A stretch of DNA of 64,000 bases from a virus (Duplodnaviria; Heunggongvirae; Uroviricota; Caudoviricetes), in the IMG/VR virus record IMGVR_UViG_3300033233_000013, positions 50,857 to 114,856 of that record. One strand, written 5' to 3'. A program made the translations under genes and the position numbers. Shown here one piece after another: positions 54,023 to 63,327 of the stretch. How positions within the stretch are numbered: position 1 is the first letter of the stretch; every line of letters starts with the position of its first letter. The notes under the pieces are model-generated. The model was not told where the DNA came from and made no database searches. It worked only from the letters and a program-made list of their open reading frames with translations.

Positions 54023-54943
54023 TCATGCCCGTGCTGGTTTCGTTGGCACGCGATCGGCCGCGAGCATGGCACCCGTGACTTGCGTGAGCGTATCGGCAAC
54101 CGCGTTCGCGCCGCTCGGCAAAAACAGGACAGTGCTGTTCGGCGCCGTGCCGACCGCTTTCATGGTATCGAAATATTGAATCGCCGTGATGAAACCGACG
54201 ATCTGATCCTCCGTGAGCGTGCCGCCGCGGACCTGCTGCATTTCCTCGATCGACTTCTTCATGCCCTCGGTGATCGCAAGGCGCTGGCCAGCGATGCCCT
54301 TCCCGTGGAGAATGTTCGACTCCATCTCGGCTTCGGCCTCCTTCACGACCATGATCTTTTTTGCCTCGCCCTTGTACGACGCCGCGACCTTCTCGCGCTC
54401 CGAGGCGACAATGTCGTTCATCGCCTTCACGACGGCATCGCTCGGGTGAATCCCGGTGATCTGCGAGGCGGCGATCTCCCAGCCGAACTCGGCCATTTCG
54501 CGGTTCAGCGTCTCGTTGATCAAGCCCGCCGTCTCGTCGCGCTTCTCGAACACCTCATCGAGTGCCATCTTCGACACCGAGGAGATGACGAGCGCCTTCA
54601 CGTACGACTCGATCTGGGCATCCTCGTCGTCGAGGCTGTAGGTGGCCTCGTAGAGCTTGTCCTTGATCGGTTTCCGCTGCACCGAGATGACGACGGTGAC
54701 GAAGGCGTTGTCACGCGTCTTGACCTCGACTTTGATGACGTACTGCTCCAGCCAGAGGTTCAACGTCCGCGCGACCATGTCCACGAATGGCAGCTTGAAG
54801 TTGATGCCCGGCTCGGCGATGCGGAGGAACTTGCCGAACCGCTCGATCACGAACCGCTCCTGCTGCTCGACGCGGAAGACGCCGAGGAAGACCGTCAGCA
54901 CCGCCAGCCCGCTCAGGACCCCGAGGATACTCCATCCGATCAT
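54023..54943 (-). CDS. SPFH / band-7 (stomatin/HflK-like) membrane protein
   Basis: Internal Met MIGWSILGVLSGLAVLTVFLGVF (TM anchor) followed by a typical SPFH core (RFVIERFGKFLRIAEPGINFKLPFVD...VKTRDNAFVTVVISV...) and a coiled-coil tail. Confidence 0.7.
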   Translation of the reverse strand: MIGWSILGVLSGLAVLTVFLGVFRVEQQERFVIERFGKFLRIAEPGINFKLPFVDMVARTLNLWLEQYVIKVEVKTRDNAFVTVVISVQRKPIKDKLYEATYSLDDEDAQIESYVKALVISSVSKMALDEVFEKRDETAGLINETLNREMAEFGWEIAASQITGIHPSDAVVKAMNDIVASEREKVAASYKGEAKKIMVVKEAEAEMESNILHGKGIAGQRLAITEGMKKSIEEMQQVRGGTLTEDQIVGFITAIQYFDTMKAVGTAPNSTVLFLPSGANAVADTLTQVTGAMLAADRVPTKPARA

Positions 54944-55034
54944 GCGTCCTCCACCTTCCTTGCCACGACACGCGAGGCGCGGGGACGGCCCGCGCTCGCA
55001 CCCTTCCCCCCGTCGCCGTCCGACGGCGTTGCCC

Positions 55035-55343
55035 TCAGATGTGGGTGGCGTTCGGATCGAACTGGCCCGCCGGCGGCGGTCCGAGCTCGTCGAGCGCGTC
55101 GTGATACTGCATCGAGATCTCCGCGAGCGCCGCGCGGTACTGGACGGACACGAGCGCCAACGCCCGCCGTTTCGCGGCGGCCAGCACGGCCTTCTGCGCG
55201 TCGGTCTTGCCCTGAATGTCCGCGTGGTACTGCGTGCCGAGCGCGCGGTTCGCATCGAGCATCGCCTGCCCGGCCAGATCCTCCTCGTGCTTCTTCTGCC
55301 GCAAGAGCGGCTTCCGCGCCGCCTCGTACTCCGCTGCTGTCAT
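55035..55343 (-). CDS. Small helical protein (~102 aa)
   Basis: Internal Met MTAAEYEAARKPLLRQKKHEEDLAGQ... on an ATGA overlap. Confidence 0.45.
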   Translation of the reverse strand: MTAAEYEAARKPLLRQKKHEEDLAGQAMLDANRALGTQYHADIQGKTDAQKAVLAAAKRRALALVSVQYRAALAEISMQYHDALDELGPPPAGQFDPNATHI

Positions 55344-58300
55344 GGGCAATCCTCCCCTTCCGTGTTCGGCGCGAGCTCCGTGCCCGCGCGGGTTGACGTG
55401 GTCTCGATCCGATCGAGATCGAAGAGCGTCGGCGTTGCCATGTCTCGCGCGGCCGCCTCGCAGTAGCCGACGCCGTCGGTGAAGTAGCGGGGGTTGAGCT
55501 CGAACCCGAGGCCGCGGCGGCGGAGTTTCAGCGCGCAGAACGGGACAGTTGCGAGCCCGCAGAAGGGATCGAACACCGTCTCGCCCGCCATCGAGAGCTG
55601 CGTGATCAGGCGATCGACGATGTCGAACTGCAGGGCGCACAAGTGCATCTCGCGGCCCTTCGCCGCCTGCGCGCCGTTCAACGTCCGCATGCGCGTGATG
55701 TCGGTCCAGACATCGGGGTGCCACGACGGCGGCTGCAGCAGCATGAACGTGACCGGGAGCATGCCCTTCGCTTCGAGCGCCTCGCCAAGCGCCACGTGGT
55801 GCTCGAAGTCGTAGACCTCGGCGAGCCCCGAGTTGCGGAAGAGCTGGAAGATCGCGTCGTGCGCCAGGTGCACGATCTCCTCCGGTCGCAGGTGCCGATT
55901 ACCGCCGGAGCGCATGAAGCCATGCGCGTCGATCTGCCACCGGGTCCGCGAGTACGCGGCCTTCTCCTTCACGACCGGCTCGTCGGCGTACCCGTCGCTC
56001 CCATCGGTCGGCGGCTTGCGGAACAGCAGCACGTATTCCGGCATCCCGGCCCCCATCCGCGAGCCGTCCTTGCACTGCTCGGTCCAGCCGAGCCGGTAGG
56101 TCTGGTTGTTCTCGCGGACGACGTCGGTGACGACGGTCTTACGTCCGAGGAAGGCGAAGCCGTGCTGCCGGAAGTGCGCGACCGTGGCATCGCTGAACGG
56201 GCTCACGGTCTGGAAGCCGAGGCCGGTCAGGCCCCCGGGGACGATCCGATCCTTCACGTGGACGGCGCAAACGCGCCCGGGCTTCAGGACGCGGAGGAGT
56301 TCGGGGGTTAGGTAGCCGAGATGCTGGAAGAAGTGGGCGTCATCATCGGTATGGCCAAGGTCGCGATATGATGGAGTATATTCGTATTGAGTCGAGTTGC
56401 CGCTGATGCATGGCTTTCCGTTGCGACGGACGATGATCGTTCCGTTCGGGACGGTGGCGCAGCCGATCATGCCGTCATACGTCACGCGATCGGGTGCGCG
56501 CCGAATCTCGGGGTAGATCTGCTTATCCCCGACGTAGACGTAATTGCCGTTGATCGCTGCGCGCCATCCCGTCTTCAGACAGATCTCCTGGAAGTGGTCG
56601 CGCAGCTCCTTGCTGTAGGACGTGTAAGTTGTGTGATCGCGCGAGCCATCACCTTTCATCATCGTGTCGCGCAATATGGTCAGCAGGTGCGGATGCAGTT
56701 CCCTGACCCAGGCGGGAATGCGCTTTTGCTTGCTCCCGCTCCCGAACTCCGCGATCAGGAAATACGCCAGATTGCGGCACCAGACGGTGAGCTGTCGTGA
56801 ATGCCACGACGGCGGCAACCCGATGCGCACAAAGAGGTCGGCGATCTCCTGCCGAAGCGTCTGGTTCTTTACCTGGGCGATGGAGATGCGCCCGGCCGAA
56901 CGCCCACGAGAAAAGGAATCTGCGTGGCCCTCGGAAAGATACCAGCCCGCCAGCGCCACGAAGTCTTCGGCCTCAATCCAGTACAACTGGACGCCGTGCC
57001 CACTCCGAACGTTGGCGGGCAGTGGCGGAATGCTGATTCGCGATGGACGATGTCCATCGCCTCTCTCGGGAGGAACAAGGCAGGTGCGCCATGCCCTTCC
57101 AACGCGCCCGCGAGCCTGCCCGCGACGCTTCGCACGCTCATAGTCAAGGGCGATCGTTGCCGCGTCCACGAGGTGGAGCTTCTCGGGACCGAATCCCTTC
57201 CCGCGCCTCGCGACCAACATGCGATGATTGGGGGTGACCAGCAGATCAAAGGACCGATTGCCGAACCGCAGCATCTCGCCCGAGTAGTGTTGCCAGATGA
57301 TCGCGGTCGGTCGCTGCCACTCGAAACACCGCCGCCCTTGGTTGACGGTGGCAACTGTGTCTGCGGGCGCGAGGTCGCCAAAACCAATCCAGCCACGACC
57401 GGTGAGAACTTCGGTCGATGCGTCGTGGCAGAAGGGAATCGACGTGACGATCAGGTGCACGCTGTCGGACTCCAGCGTGCGCGTCTCCTCGATCGCGTCG
57501 GCGTTCACCAGGCGATAGTTCTCCCCCGCGACCTCGACGCGCTCGATGGTCGAGGTCCGCTTGAGCGCTCCCGCGATGTCCGGGTGCGCGAGGCCGTACT
57601 CGCGGATGATCTCCGTCATCTTGCCGACCATCACCGTGTGCTGTGCCCACTTCCGCTCGAGCGTCCGACGCACCTCGCGCTCGGCCTCGGTGTAGATCAG
57701 GTCGATTTCGACGGGCTTCGTCTGCAGAAAGCGGTGGATACGATGCAGGGCCTGGATGAAATCGTTGAACTTGAAGCCGATGCCGAGAAAGACCGCGCGA
57801 TGACAGTGCCGCTGGAAATTACACCCGCTGCCGCTGAGCACGGGCTTCGTGGCCAGGATCGGAATCTCCCCGTCGCTGAACTCGATGATCCGCCGCTCGC
57901 GCTCCTCGAGGTCCTGCGCGCCGTACACCTCGGTCGCATTGGGGACCGCGCCGACGATCGCATGGCGCTCGACTTCGAGATCGTGCCAGAGGAGAAAATG
58001 CTCGTCAGGGCTCGCGGTTACGATCTCCCGCAGCTTCGCAACGCGCGCCGTCAGGCTCTCCCGCTTCTCTCGCGCCGCGTCCTGCACACCGAGCGCCGCA
58101 TTGCGGATGAGCCGGCCTTGCCCGTCCCGCTCGTGCCCCGCCTTCCGGTGGTCGGTCGGCACCTCGTGCCAACGCACCGCCATCGGTGGGAGCGCATAGC
58201 CCTCGTCGGAGTAGCCGAGATCCGACGGGCGCTGGAGCAAGATCGCCCAGCTACTCACCCACAACCAGAACTCTTTCTCTTTGTGCGCGTGGAGCGTGAG

Positions 58301-58990
58301 CTGGTCGGCCTTCGTCGAGTCGCGCTTGAAGAAGCGCGTCTTCGCTTGGCTCACATCGAGGATGCCGAGATAGGCCGCGTACGCGAGGAGCTCGATGTAC
58401 TCGTTCGGACTCGGCGTCGCCGTGGCCACGAACCGATAGGGGACGCCCGTTCCCATGGCCTTCTGCGCCTTGACGCCGCGTGCGGGATCAGCCGCAAAGA
58501 GGCGCATGAACTCGCGAAACGTCTTGGTGCCACCGAATCCGCGGAGCACGCTCGCCTCGTCGAGACTCGCGACCGTGAACGCCTGCGGATCGAGCTTCCC
58601 GTCGCGCACGGTCTCGTAGTTCGTGAGGTAGATCGTCGCCTCGTCGTCGGCTTCCTCGATGCGCCGGATGAACTTCACGGGCGTCCCGAGCATCGCCGCA
58701 TCGCGGATGAACTCTTGCCGCACTCCGAGCGGGAGCACGATGAGCGCGCGACCCCCGATCCGCGCCCGCGTCAGCCGCACCGCTTCCAGCTGGATGACAC
58801 TTTTCCCAAGACCAAACGCGGCAAAGCAGGCACGCCGTCCACCCGCAACCATCCACCGCACGAGGGCCCGCTGGTGGTCGCGGAGAAGGGGATGGATCTC
58901 CTCGGGCGCCACGTCGAAGCCGTGGCTCTTGGCGACGCAGACCTTGCGTCCAAGAAAAGCGTCGTAGTCGGTCTGCGGCTCGCCGGTCAC
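55340..58990 (-). CDS. SNF2-family helicase fused to a beta-class N6/N4 DNA methyltransferase, apparently interrupted by an intein
   Basis: Helicase motifs AAFGLGKSVIQ (I), ASLDEASVL (II), VATATPSPNEYIELL (III), QALHRIHRFLQ (VI). MTase motifs LRVLKPGRVCAVHV and MHLCALQFDIVDRLITQLSMAGETVFDPFCGLATV (AdoMet motif I). The DPPY-equivalent HLIVTSIPF is followed by an intein N-terminal block. The start may be a GTG near 58990 if the 79-aa ORF at 58987-59226 is real. Confidence 0.7.
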   Translation of the reverse strand: MTGEPQTDYDAFLGRKVCVAKSHGFDVAPEEIHPLLRDHQRALVRWMVAGGRRACFAAFGLGKSVIQLEAVRLTRARIGGRALIVLPLGVRQEFIRDAAMLGTPVKFIRRIEEADDEATIYLTNYETVRDGKLDPQAFTVASLDEASVLRGFGGTKTFREFMRLFAADPARGVKAQKAMGTGVPYRFVATATPSPNEYIELLAYAAYLGILDVSQAKTRFFKRDSTKADQLTLHAHKEKEFWLWVSSWAILLQRPSDLGYSDEGYALPPMAVRWHEVPTDHRKAGHERDGQGRLIRNAALGVQDAAREKRESLTARVAKLREIVTASPDEHFLLWHDLEVERHAIVGAVPNATEVYGAQDLEERERRIIEFSDGEIPILATKPVLSGSGCNFQRHCHRAVFLGIGFKFNDFIQALHRIHRFLQTKPVEIDLIYTEAEREVRRTLERKWAQHTVMVGKMTEIIREYGLAHPDIAGALKRTSTIERVEVAGENYRLVNADAIEETRTLESDSVHLIVTSIPFCHDASTEVLTGRGWIGFGDLAPADTVATVNQGRRCFEWQRPTAIIWQHYSGEMLRFGNRSFDLLVTPNHRMLVARRGKGFGPEKLHLVDAATIALDYERAKRRGQARGRVGRAWRTCLVPPERGDGHRPSRISIPPLPANVRSGHGVQLYWIEAEDFVALAGWYLSEGHADSFSRGRSAGRISIAQVKNQTLRQEIADLFVRIGLPPSWHSRQLTVWCRNLAYFLIAEFGSGSKQKRIPAWVRELHPHLLTILRDTMMKGDGSRDHTTYTSYSKELRDHFQEICLKTGWRAAINGNYVYVGDKQIYPEIRRAPDRVTYDGMIGCATVPNGTIIVRRNGKPCISGNSTQYEYTPSYRDLGHTDDDAHFFQHLGYLTPELLRVLKPGRVCAVHVKDRIVPGGLTGLGFQTVSPFSDATVAHFRQHGFAFLGRKTVVTDVVRENNQTYRLGWTEQCKDGSRMGAGMPEYVLLFRKPPTDGSDGYADEPVVKEKAAYSRTRWQIDAHGFMRSGGNRHLRPEEIVHLAHDAIFQLFRNSGLAEVYDFEHHVALGEALEAKGMLPVTFMLLQPPSWHPDVWTDITRMRTLNGAQAAKGREMHLCALQFDIVDRLITQLSMAGETVFDPFCGLATVPFCALKLRRRGLGFELNPRYFTDGVGYCEAAARDMATPTLFDLDRIETTSTRAGTELAPNTEGEDCP
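56396..57430 (-). mobile_element. Putative intein (~345 aa) with a LAGLIDADG homing-endonuclease core, inserted at MTase motif IV
   Basis: Begins CHDASTEVLTGRGW (block A) and carries LLVTPNHRMLV (block B, TxxH). LAGLIDADG-like segments FVALAGWYLSEGHAD and AYFLIAEFGSGSK are present. It ends ...TIIVRRNGKPCISGN followed by S of the extein. Confidence 0.5.
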
Positions 58991-59226
58991 AACGCCACCC
59001 GTTCTCCGAGGAGCCGCGCCGTCTGCGCGCCACCCCGACAATCCGAATTGTCGAGGCAGTACCGGACGTTCTGGATGAGCGTGCCCTCTCCCATGCCGAA
59101 CTCGGCGCTCAGATCGGTCGTGAAGAGGCCGAGCTCCGTGTGGAGCCGCGGCGTCTGGCAGATCAGGCACGGGAGGCGCACGACCTCCTCGGGGGTGCGG
59201 AGCAGCGGGATGACGCGCGCGCTCAT
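58987..59226 (-). CDS. Weak small ORF (79 aa)
   Basis: MSARVIPLLRTPEEVVRLPCLICQTPRLH... has normal composition. It may instead be 5' leader of the helicase-MTase gene. Confidence 0.3.
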   Translation of the reverse strand: MSARVIPLLRTPEEVVRLPCLICQTPRLHTELGLFTTDLSAEFGMGEGTLIQNVRYCLDNSDCRGGAQTARLLGERVAL

Positions 59227-59230
59227 GGCC

Positions 59231-59686
59231 TCACCGATCCGTCGCGAAGCAGACGAGGAGACTCGCGACCGTGCAGTCCGACCCCGGACACTGCGACGCG
59301 ACCGTGCACGCGCGTCCCGCTTGCGCGCCGCCGGCGCACGCCGGGGTGACGGCGCCGATCCGCAGCGTGAGCCGCCCCTGCACCCGAAGCGTCGTCGCCC
59401 CCTTCGGCGCCGTGACGAGCACGCCTGCCGCCGTGCACCGGAGCGGGACGCCGCCGTTCACGGTCGCGCCGCCGACCAGGATATCGAGATCGACGGCGCC
59501 GGGGCCCCCGAGCACACACGAGACGCTCTCCACCCGGCTCCTTGCGATCGCTTCCCAGATCGGCCCGGCGCGATCGCCCCCCTTCGGCGTTTCGACGAAT
59601 GCACAGTGCTGGACCGCGCCCGCGACGCGCGCGAGGGCCAAGATGATCACCACCGCGACCCCCATCTGCCACCACCCGAGTCTCAT
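59231..59686 (-). CDS. Small secreted Cys-rich protein (~151 aa)
   Basis: Internal Met MRLGWWQMGVAVVIILALARVAGAVQHC... on an ATGA overlap. C-terminal CAGGAQAGRACTVASQCPGSDC repeats resemble those of the giant secreted proteins. Confidence 0.5.
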   Translation of the reverse strand: MRLGWWQMGVAVVIILALARVAGAVQHCAFVETPKGGDRAGPIWEAIARSRVESVSCVLGGPGAVDLDILVGGATVNGGVPLRCTAAGVLVTAPKGATTLRVQGRLTLRIGAVTPACAGGAQAGRACTVASQCPGSDCTVASLLVCFATDR

Positions 59687-60156
59687 TGGACCTCCCACTC
59701 GATCGCGTGCTCGCTCTGGGCGCCTGCGTCCACGCACGCCGGCAGGCAGTCCTCGCACTGGCACGAGCAGCCGCGGGCGCAAGGCGGTGGCGCACCGATC
59801 AGCGTCGCGTGCGTGATGACGATCGGGACGACATCGCAGCCAGCCTTGGTGCCGAACGTGTTCCGGCCGCCCTCCATCTCGTTGGGCGGGATCGTGAAGA
59901 ACGGCTCCTCGGTACACTGGCCCCCGCGGAAGACTTCGGCGGTTTCGAACGCGACGAGTGCGCACCGTTCGAAGGTCGCGCCATCACAGTCGAGATACGG
60001 CTGCGCCCGTGCCTGCGCGTCCTGGACGGCGACCGCGTGGCCGCGATAGCCCTCGTAGTAGCGGTCGGGCGGGATCAGATGCGCCCGGGCGACCGCGGCA
60101 GCGAGCACCATGGACCCGACCGCCAGCACCACGATCGCGATCAGCGGGCGCCTCAT
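59683..60156 (-). CDS. Small secreted Cys-rich protein (~157 aa)
   Basis: Internal Met MRRPLIAIVVLAVGSMVLAAAVARA... C-terminal CARGCSCQCEDCLPAC. Confidence 0.5.
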   Translation of the reverse strand: MRRPLIAIVVLAVGSMVLAAAVARAHLIPPDRYYEGYRGHAVAVQDAQARAQPYLDCDGATFERCALVAFETAEVFRGGQCTEEPFFTIPPNEMEGGRNTFGTKAGCDVVPIVITHATLIGAPPPCARGCSCQCEDCLPACVDAGAQSEHAIEWEVQ

Positions 60157-60160
60157 GCGC

Positions 60161-60766
60161 TTACCCAGCCCGTCGGTTCCGCTCCTCGCGCCGCCGCGCG
60201 CCGACCGCGTGGTAGTACGTGCGCGATTCGAGCTGTCGTTTGAGGCGCGCGCAGTCCGCGCAGCGTCGTCGGCGGGCCGCCGCCCCGCAGACGGCGCGCA
60301 TCGTCGCCGGAACGCCCGGGCAGATCCGGTCGCGGATCGGCGCCTCGCCCGCCGCAATCGCCGCCGCCACGACCGCGAGCACCAGCACCTCGCACGCCCG
60401 GATGGTCGCCGAGAGCGGGCGCCACGGCCGCGCCCGGCGCTCCAACGGCGTCCGCAGCACCGCCGCCGCCTGCCACACGGCAACGAGCTGCGCCCGGCAC
60501 CCGTCGTAGGGCTGGTCGAGGATCGTCTCGCAGAAGTAGCGTGCGGAGCCGAATGTCGTCCGCGGATCGTCGAGCCACCACCACTGCGCGTTCGCGATGC
60601 AGCGCTCGCGCTCGGCCGCGTTCCGGTTGTCGTTGTCGAGGGTCGGGTGCCCGCTCGCCTCCTCGTAGGTCGCAAGGGCGATTGCCGCCAAGAGCTTCCG
60701 TTCGCGCGCGCCGACGAGCGAGAGTCGGCCGCTCGCCGTATGTTCCCCACCCCCGTCCTCCATCAT
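60161..60766 (-). CDS. Protein with an ANAQWWWxDD domain, paralogous to the N-terminus of the gene at 29936-31378
   Basis: ...NAAERERCIANAQWWWLDDPRTTFGSARYFCETIL... compared with ...ANAQWWWRDDERPAGEWGSAESLCDALGF... Confidence 0.45.
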   Translation of the reverse strand: MMEDGGGEHTASGRLSLVGARERKLLAAIALATYEEASGHPTLDNDNRNAAERERCIANAQWWWLDDPRTTFGSARYFCETILDQPYDGCRAQLVAVWQAAAVLRTPLERRARPWRPLSATIRACEVLVLAVVAAAIAAGEAPIRDRICPGVPATMRAVCGAAARRRRCADCARLKRQLESRTYYHAVGARRREERNRRAG

Positions 60767-60841
60767 CCCGAGCCTGAGTCCGTGCACACATGGGCCCTCC
60801 TGCCTGCCCCACCTTGGTTGTCGTCACCGCCCTGCCCTTGT

Positions 60842-61093
60842 TCACGGTCGCCACCCGGTCCCGATGTTGCCGACATCGCTAAACGTCGTGGTGCCGAGGA
60901 TCGTATCGTCGGCAAGCTCGGCCTGGTCGCCAGCGGCTCGCGCACGCGCTCCCCGATGCTGCCCCTCCCAGAGCTGCTCGCGCGTCTCGTCGATCCCCGC
61001 CTCGTAGCCGGTCACGACCCCGCGCCAGTACGCGCACGCCGCGACCAGGAGGAGCACGAGCAACGCCAGGAGCGCGCCGAGCGGTTCACCCAT
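60842..61093 (-). CDS. Small membrane protein (1 TM)
   Basis: Internal Met MGEPLGALLALLVLLLVAACAYW... Confidence 0.4.
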   Translation of the reverse strand: MGEPLGALLALLVLLLVAACAYWRGVVTGYEAGIDETREQLWEGQHRGARARAAGDQAELADDTILGTTTFSDVGNIGTGWRP

Positions 61094-61544
61094 GCGCAAC
61101 CTCGCTCTGCGCACGTGCCGCGACTGCAGCAGCGAGACCACGCGCGAGTGCGTCCGCCAACTGCGGCGTCAGAAGGCTCTCGGCGTACACGTGGTAGTCC
61201 GTCGCCTTGTCCTTGACCGCGATCTCCACGACCGCCCAGACCGGCGCCACGAGGCCATACCCCGCCGCCAGCGCGATCCGTTCAGGTTCGCCGCCCGTCT
61301 CCGCAGCCCGCGCGAGATCAACCAGTGTCGAGGGCTCGACGCCGTGGTTGCTGGCTACCTTCGCGGGCACGACGAGCTCGAGCGTGAGGAGCGGATTGCC
61401 ATTCGCGCGGACGACGACGGCCGCACGCCGGCACCAATGAGGGACGGCGCCCGCCTCGACGAGGCAGCGTCCCAAGCGGAGCGGGGACAACCCTCGATTC
61501 ATATCGGCCATCAACGTGCTGCCCTCCACAATCGTCTCACCCAT
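61086..61544 (-). CDS. Hypothetical protein (152 aa)
   Basis: Normal composition. It is co-oriented and overlaps the stop of the helicase gene. Confidence 0.45.
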   Translation of the reverse strand: MGETIVEGSTLMADMNRGLSPLRLGRCLVEAGAVPHWCRRAAVVVRANGNPLLTLELVVPAKVASNHGVEPSTLVDLARAAETGGEPERIALAAGYGLVAPVWAVVEIAVKDKATDYHVYAESLLTPQLADALARGLAAAVAARAQSEVAHG

Positions 61545-63327
61545 GCGCGACCTCGCTCTCGGGCGGCGCCGGTACGTCGCCGCGGGTAGCCAGGTACGCT
61601 TCCGCGAGCCGGCGCATGTGCTCGGGATCGACCTCGAGTTTCTCGATCAGCGCGGCGTCGGGATCGCGGATGCCTTCGCTCTGCTGCGCTTTCAGCCCGA
61701 GGACGTCCGCCATCACCGGGTCCGCCCCATCTTCGGACACGAGGAAGTACGCGACGCACGGCTCTTCCTGCCCGTCGCGGTGCACGCGGCCGAGGCATTG
61801 CTGGAGCACGCCCGGCGACCAGTCGAGCTCCCCGAAGACCGGCGTCCGGCAGTGGCCCTGCAGCCCGTCGAGCCCCGCGCCGGCGCGGAGCGACATGATG
61901 AACAGCGGCGTCTTCCCCCGCACGAAGCGCCGGAATTCCTCGTGCTTCTTCGATGGGGATTCGCTGCCGGTGAACCACGCGGGCTCCAGGTCCGCGAAGA
62001 GCTTTGCCCAGATCGCGTACACCGCGCGGTGCCAGCCATAGAGGACGATCCGCTCGCCACTCTCGATCAGCATTCGCACGAAGGTCGCGACGTAGGGCGC
62101 CTTGGCAACCCCCGTCGCTTGGCGGAGCAGCATGTCGAACTCCGCCGCGGCTTCTCGCGTCGCGCCGCGGTACGCCGCATCGGACCGCGCCAGAATGGCC
62201 CGCGCGAGACCAGCCGCATCGGCGTCGATATGATCGAAGGCCCCGCGATCGCTCTCGATCGTGTGCACGATCCGCTGGAGCGGTGGGAGCTCGCGGCCGA
62301 CCTCGGCGCGGGTGCGCCGGAGCATCAAACCCTGCGCCCGGAGATAGTGGCCGAGCGCCTTCGGATCGGCGACAAACGCGCGCTTCCCCCATCGCCCATC
62401 GCACCACTCGCGCGCGAACTCCGCCTTCGTCCCGAGCACGCCCCGCTTCATGCAATCGAAGACGGTGAAGATCTCGTCGCCGTAGTTGTAGATGGGCGTG
62501 GCGGAGGCGGCGAAGACGTATCGCGCGTGCGCCGCGAGATGCTGCGCCGCCGCGTATTTCTGACTCGGCCGCTGTTCATCGCCCGCCCGGCGCAACTCTT
62601 GGACTTCATCGAACGCGACAGCCTTGATCAGCGGGGCGAGTGTGTCGGCCCACCCTGAGAGCTTGTGGTAGTTCGCGATGATCACATCGGGGAAGGGCTC
62701 GCCGAGATCGTACGGTGTCCCCTTCTTCAGCACGTGCACGCGGAGCGCGGGCGCGAACTTCTGGAGCTCCTCGACCCACTGGCGCGGGAGATGCGCGAGC
62801 GTTACCACGAGCGCTGGCCGCGTCGCGGGGTCGGTGAGCGCGGTGATCACGCTGCAGGACTTGCCGGTGCCGAGGTCGTCCGCGATCAGAAGAATGCCCG
62901 TGCGGAGCGCGAGATCCGCGGCCACCGCCTGGTACTCGCGTGCCGGCACAGCGAGCGTAAACCGCCGCGGCCGGTACCCACGCGCGAGGATGGTGGCGAT
63001 CAGCGTTTCCTTCTCGCGATGCGCCGCCGCCCGTGCGTTCAGGTGGGCGCGGTCGGGCGCCGCCATCTGCATCGGGTAGCGCTCCAAGAACCACGCGAGC
63101 TCGCGCGCGTTCTCGATCGTGTCGCTGAGCCCGATCGTGTCGTGGCTCCCCTTGTGCACGCGCTCGAAGACGCGCTTCAGGCGCAGACGCACGTGGGGCT
63201 CGCAGCGGATGAGCCAGCGGCGTTCGGTCTTCGCGAAGGTGATCGTGCCGAACGTGCGCGCGCCCGGCCGACGTGGGCTGCCATGGCTGAACGGGACGTG
63301 ATCCCGCGGGCGCGGCTGCGGCATCAC
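61537..63327 (-). CDS. SNF2-family helicase (596 aa)
   Basis: Motifs LIADDLGTGKS (I), LVVTLAHLPRQWVEELQKFAP (Ia), VAFDEVQEL (II), FAASATPIYN (III) and LDWSPGVLQQCLGRVHRDGQ (V/VI). Confidence 0.75.
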   Translation of the reverse strand: MMPQPRPRDHVPFSHGSPRRPGARTFGTITFAKTERRWLIRCEPHVRLRLKRVFERVHKGSHDTIGLSDTIENARELAWFLERYPMQMAAPDRAHLNARAAAHREKETLIATILARGYRPRRFTLAVPAREYQAVAADLALRTGILLIADDLGTGKSCSVITALTDPATRPALVVTLAHLPRQWVEELQKFAPALRVHVLKKGTPYDLGEPFPDVIIANYHKLSGWADTLAPLIKAVAFDEVQELRRAGDEQRPSQKYAAAQHLAAHARYVFAASATPIYNYGDEIFTVFDCMKRGVLGTKAEFAREWCDGRWGKRAFVADPKALGHYLRAQGLMLRRTRAEVGRELPPLQRIVHTIESDRGAFDHIDADAAGLARAILARSDAAYRGATREAAAEFDMLLRQATGVAKAPYVATFVRMLIESGERIVLYGWHRAVYAIWAKLFADLEPAWFTGSESPSKKHEEFRRFVRGKTPLFIMSLRAGAGLDGLQGHCRTPVFGELDWSPGVLQQCLGRVHRDGQEEPCVAYFLVSEDGADPVMADVLGLKAQQSEGIRDPDAALIEKLEVDPEHMRRLAEAYLATRGDVPAPPESEVAHG

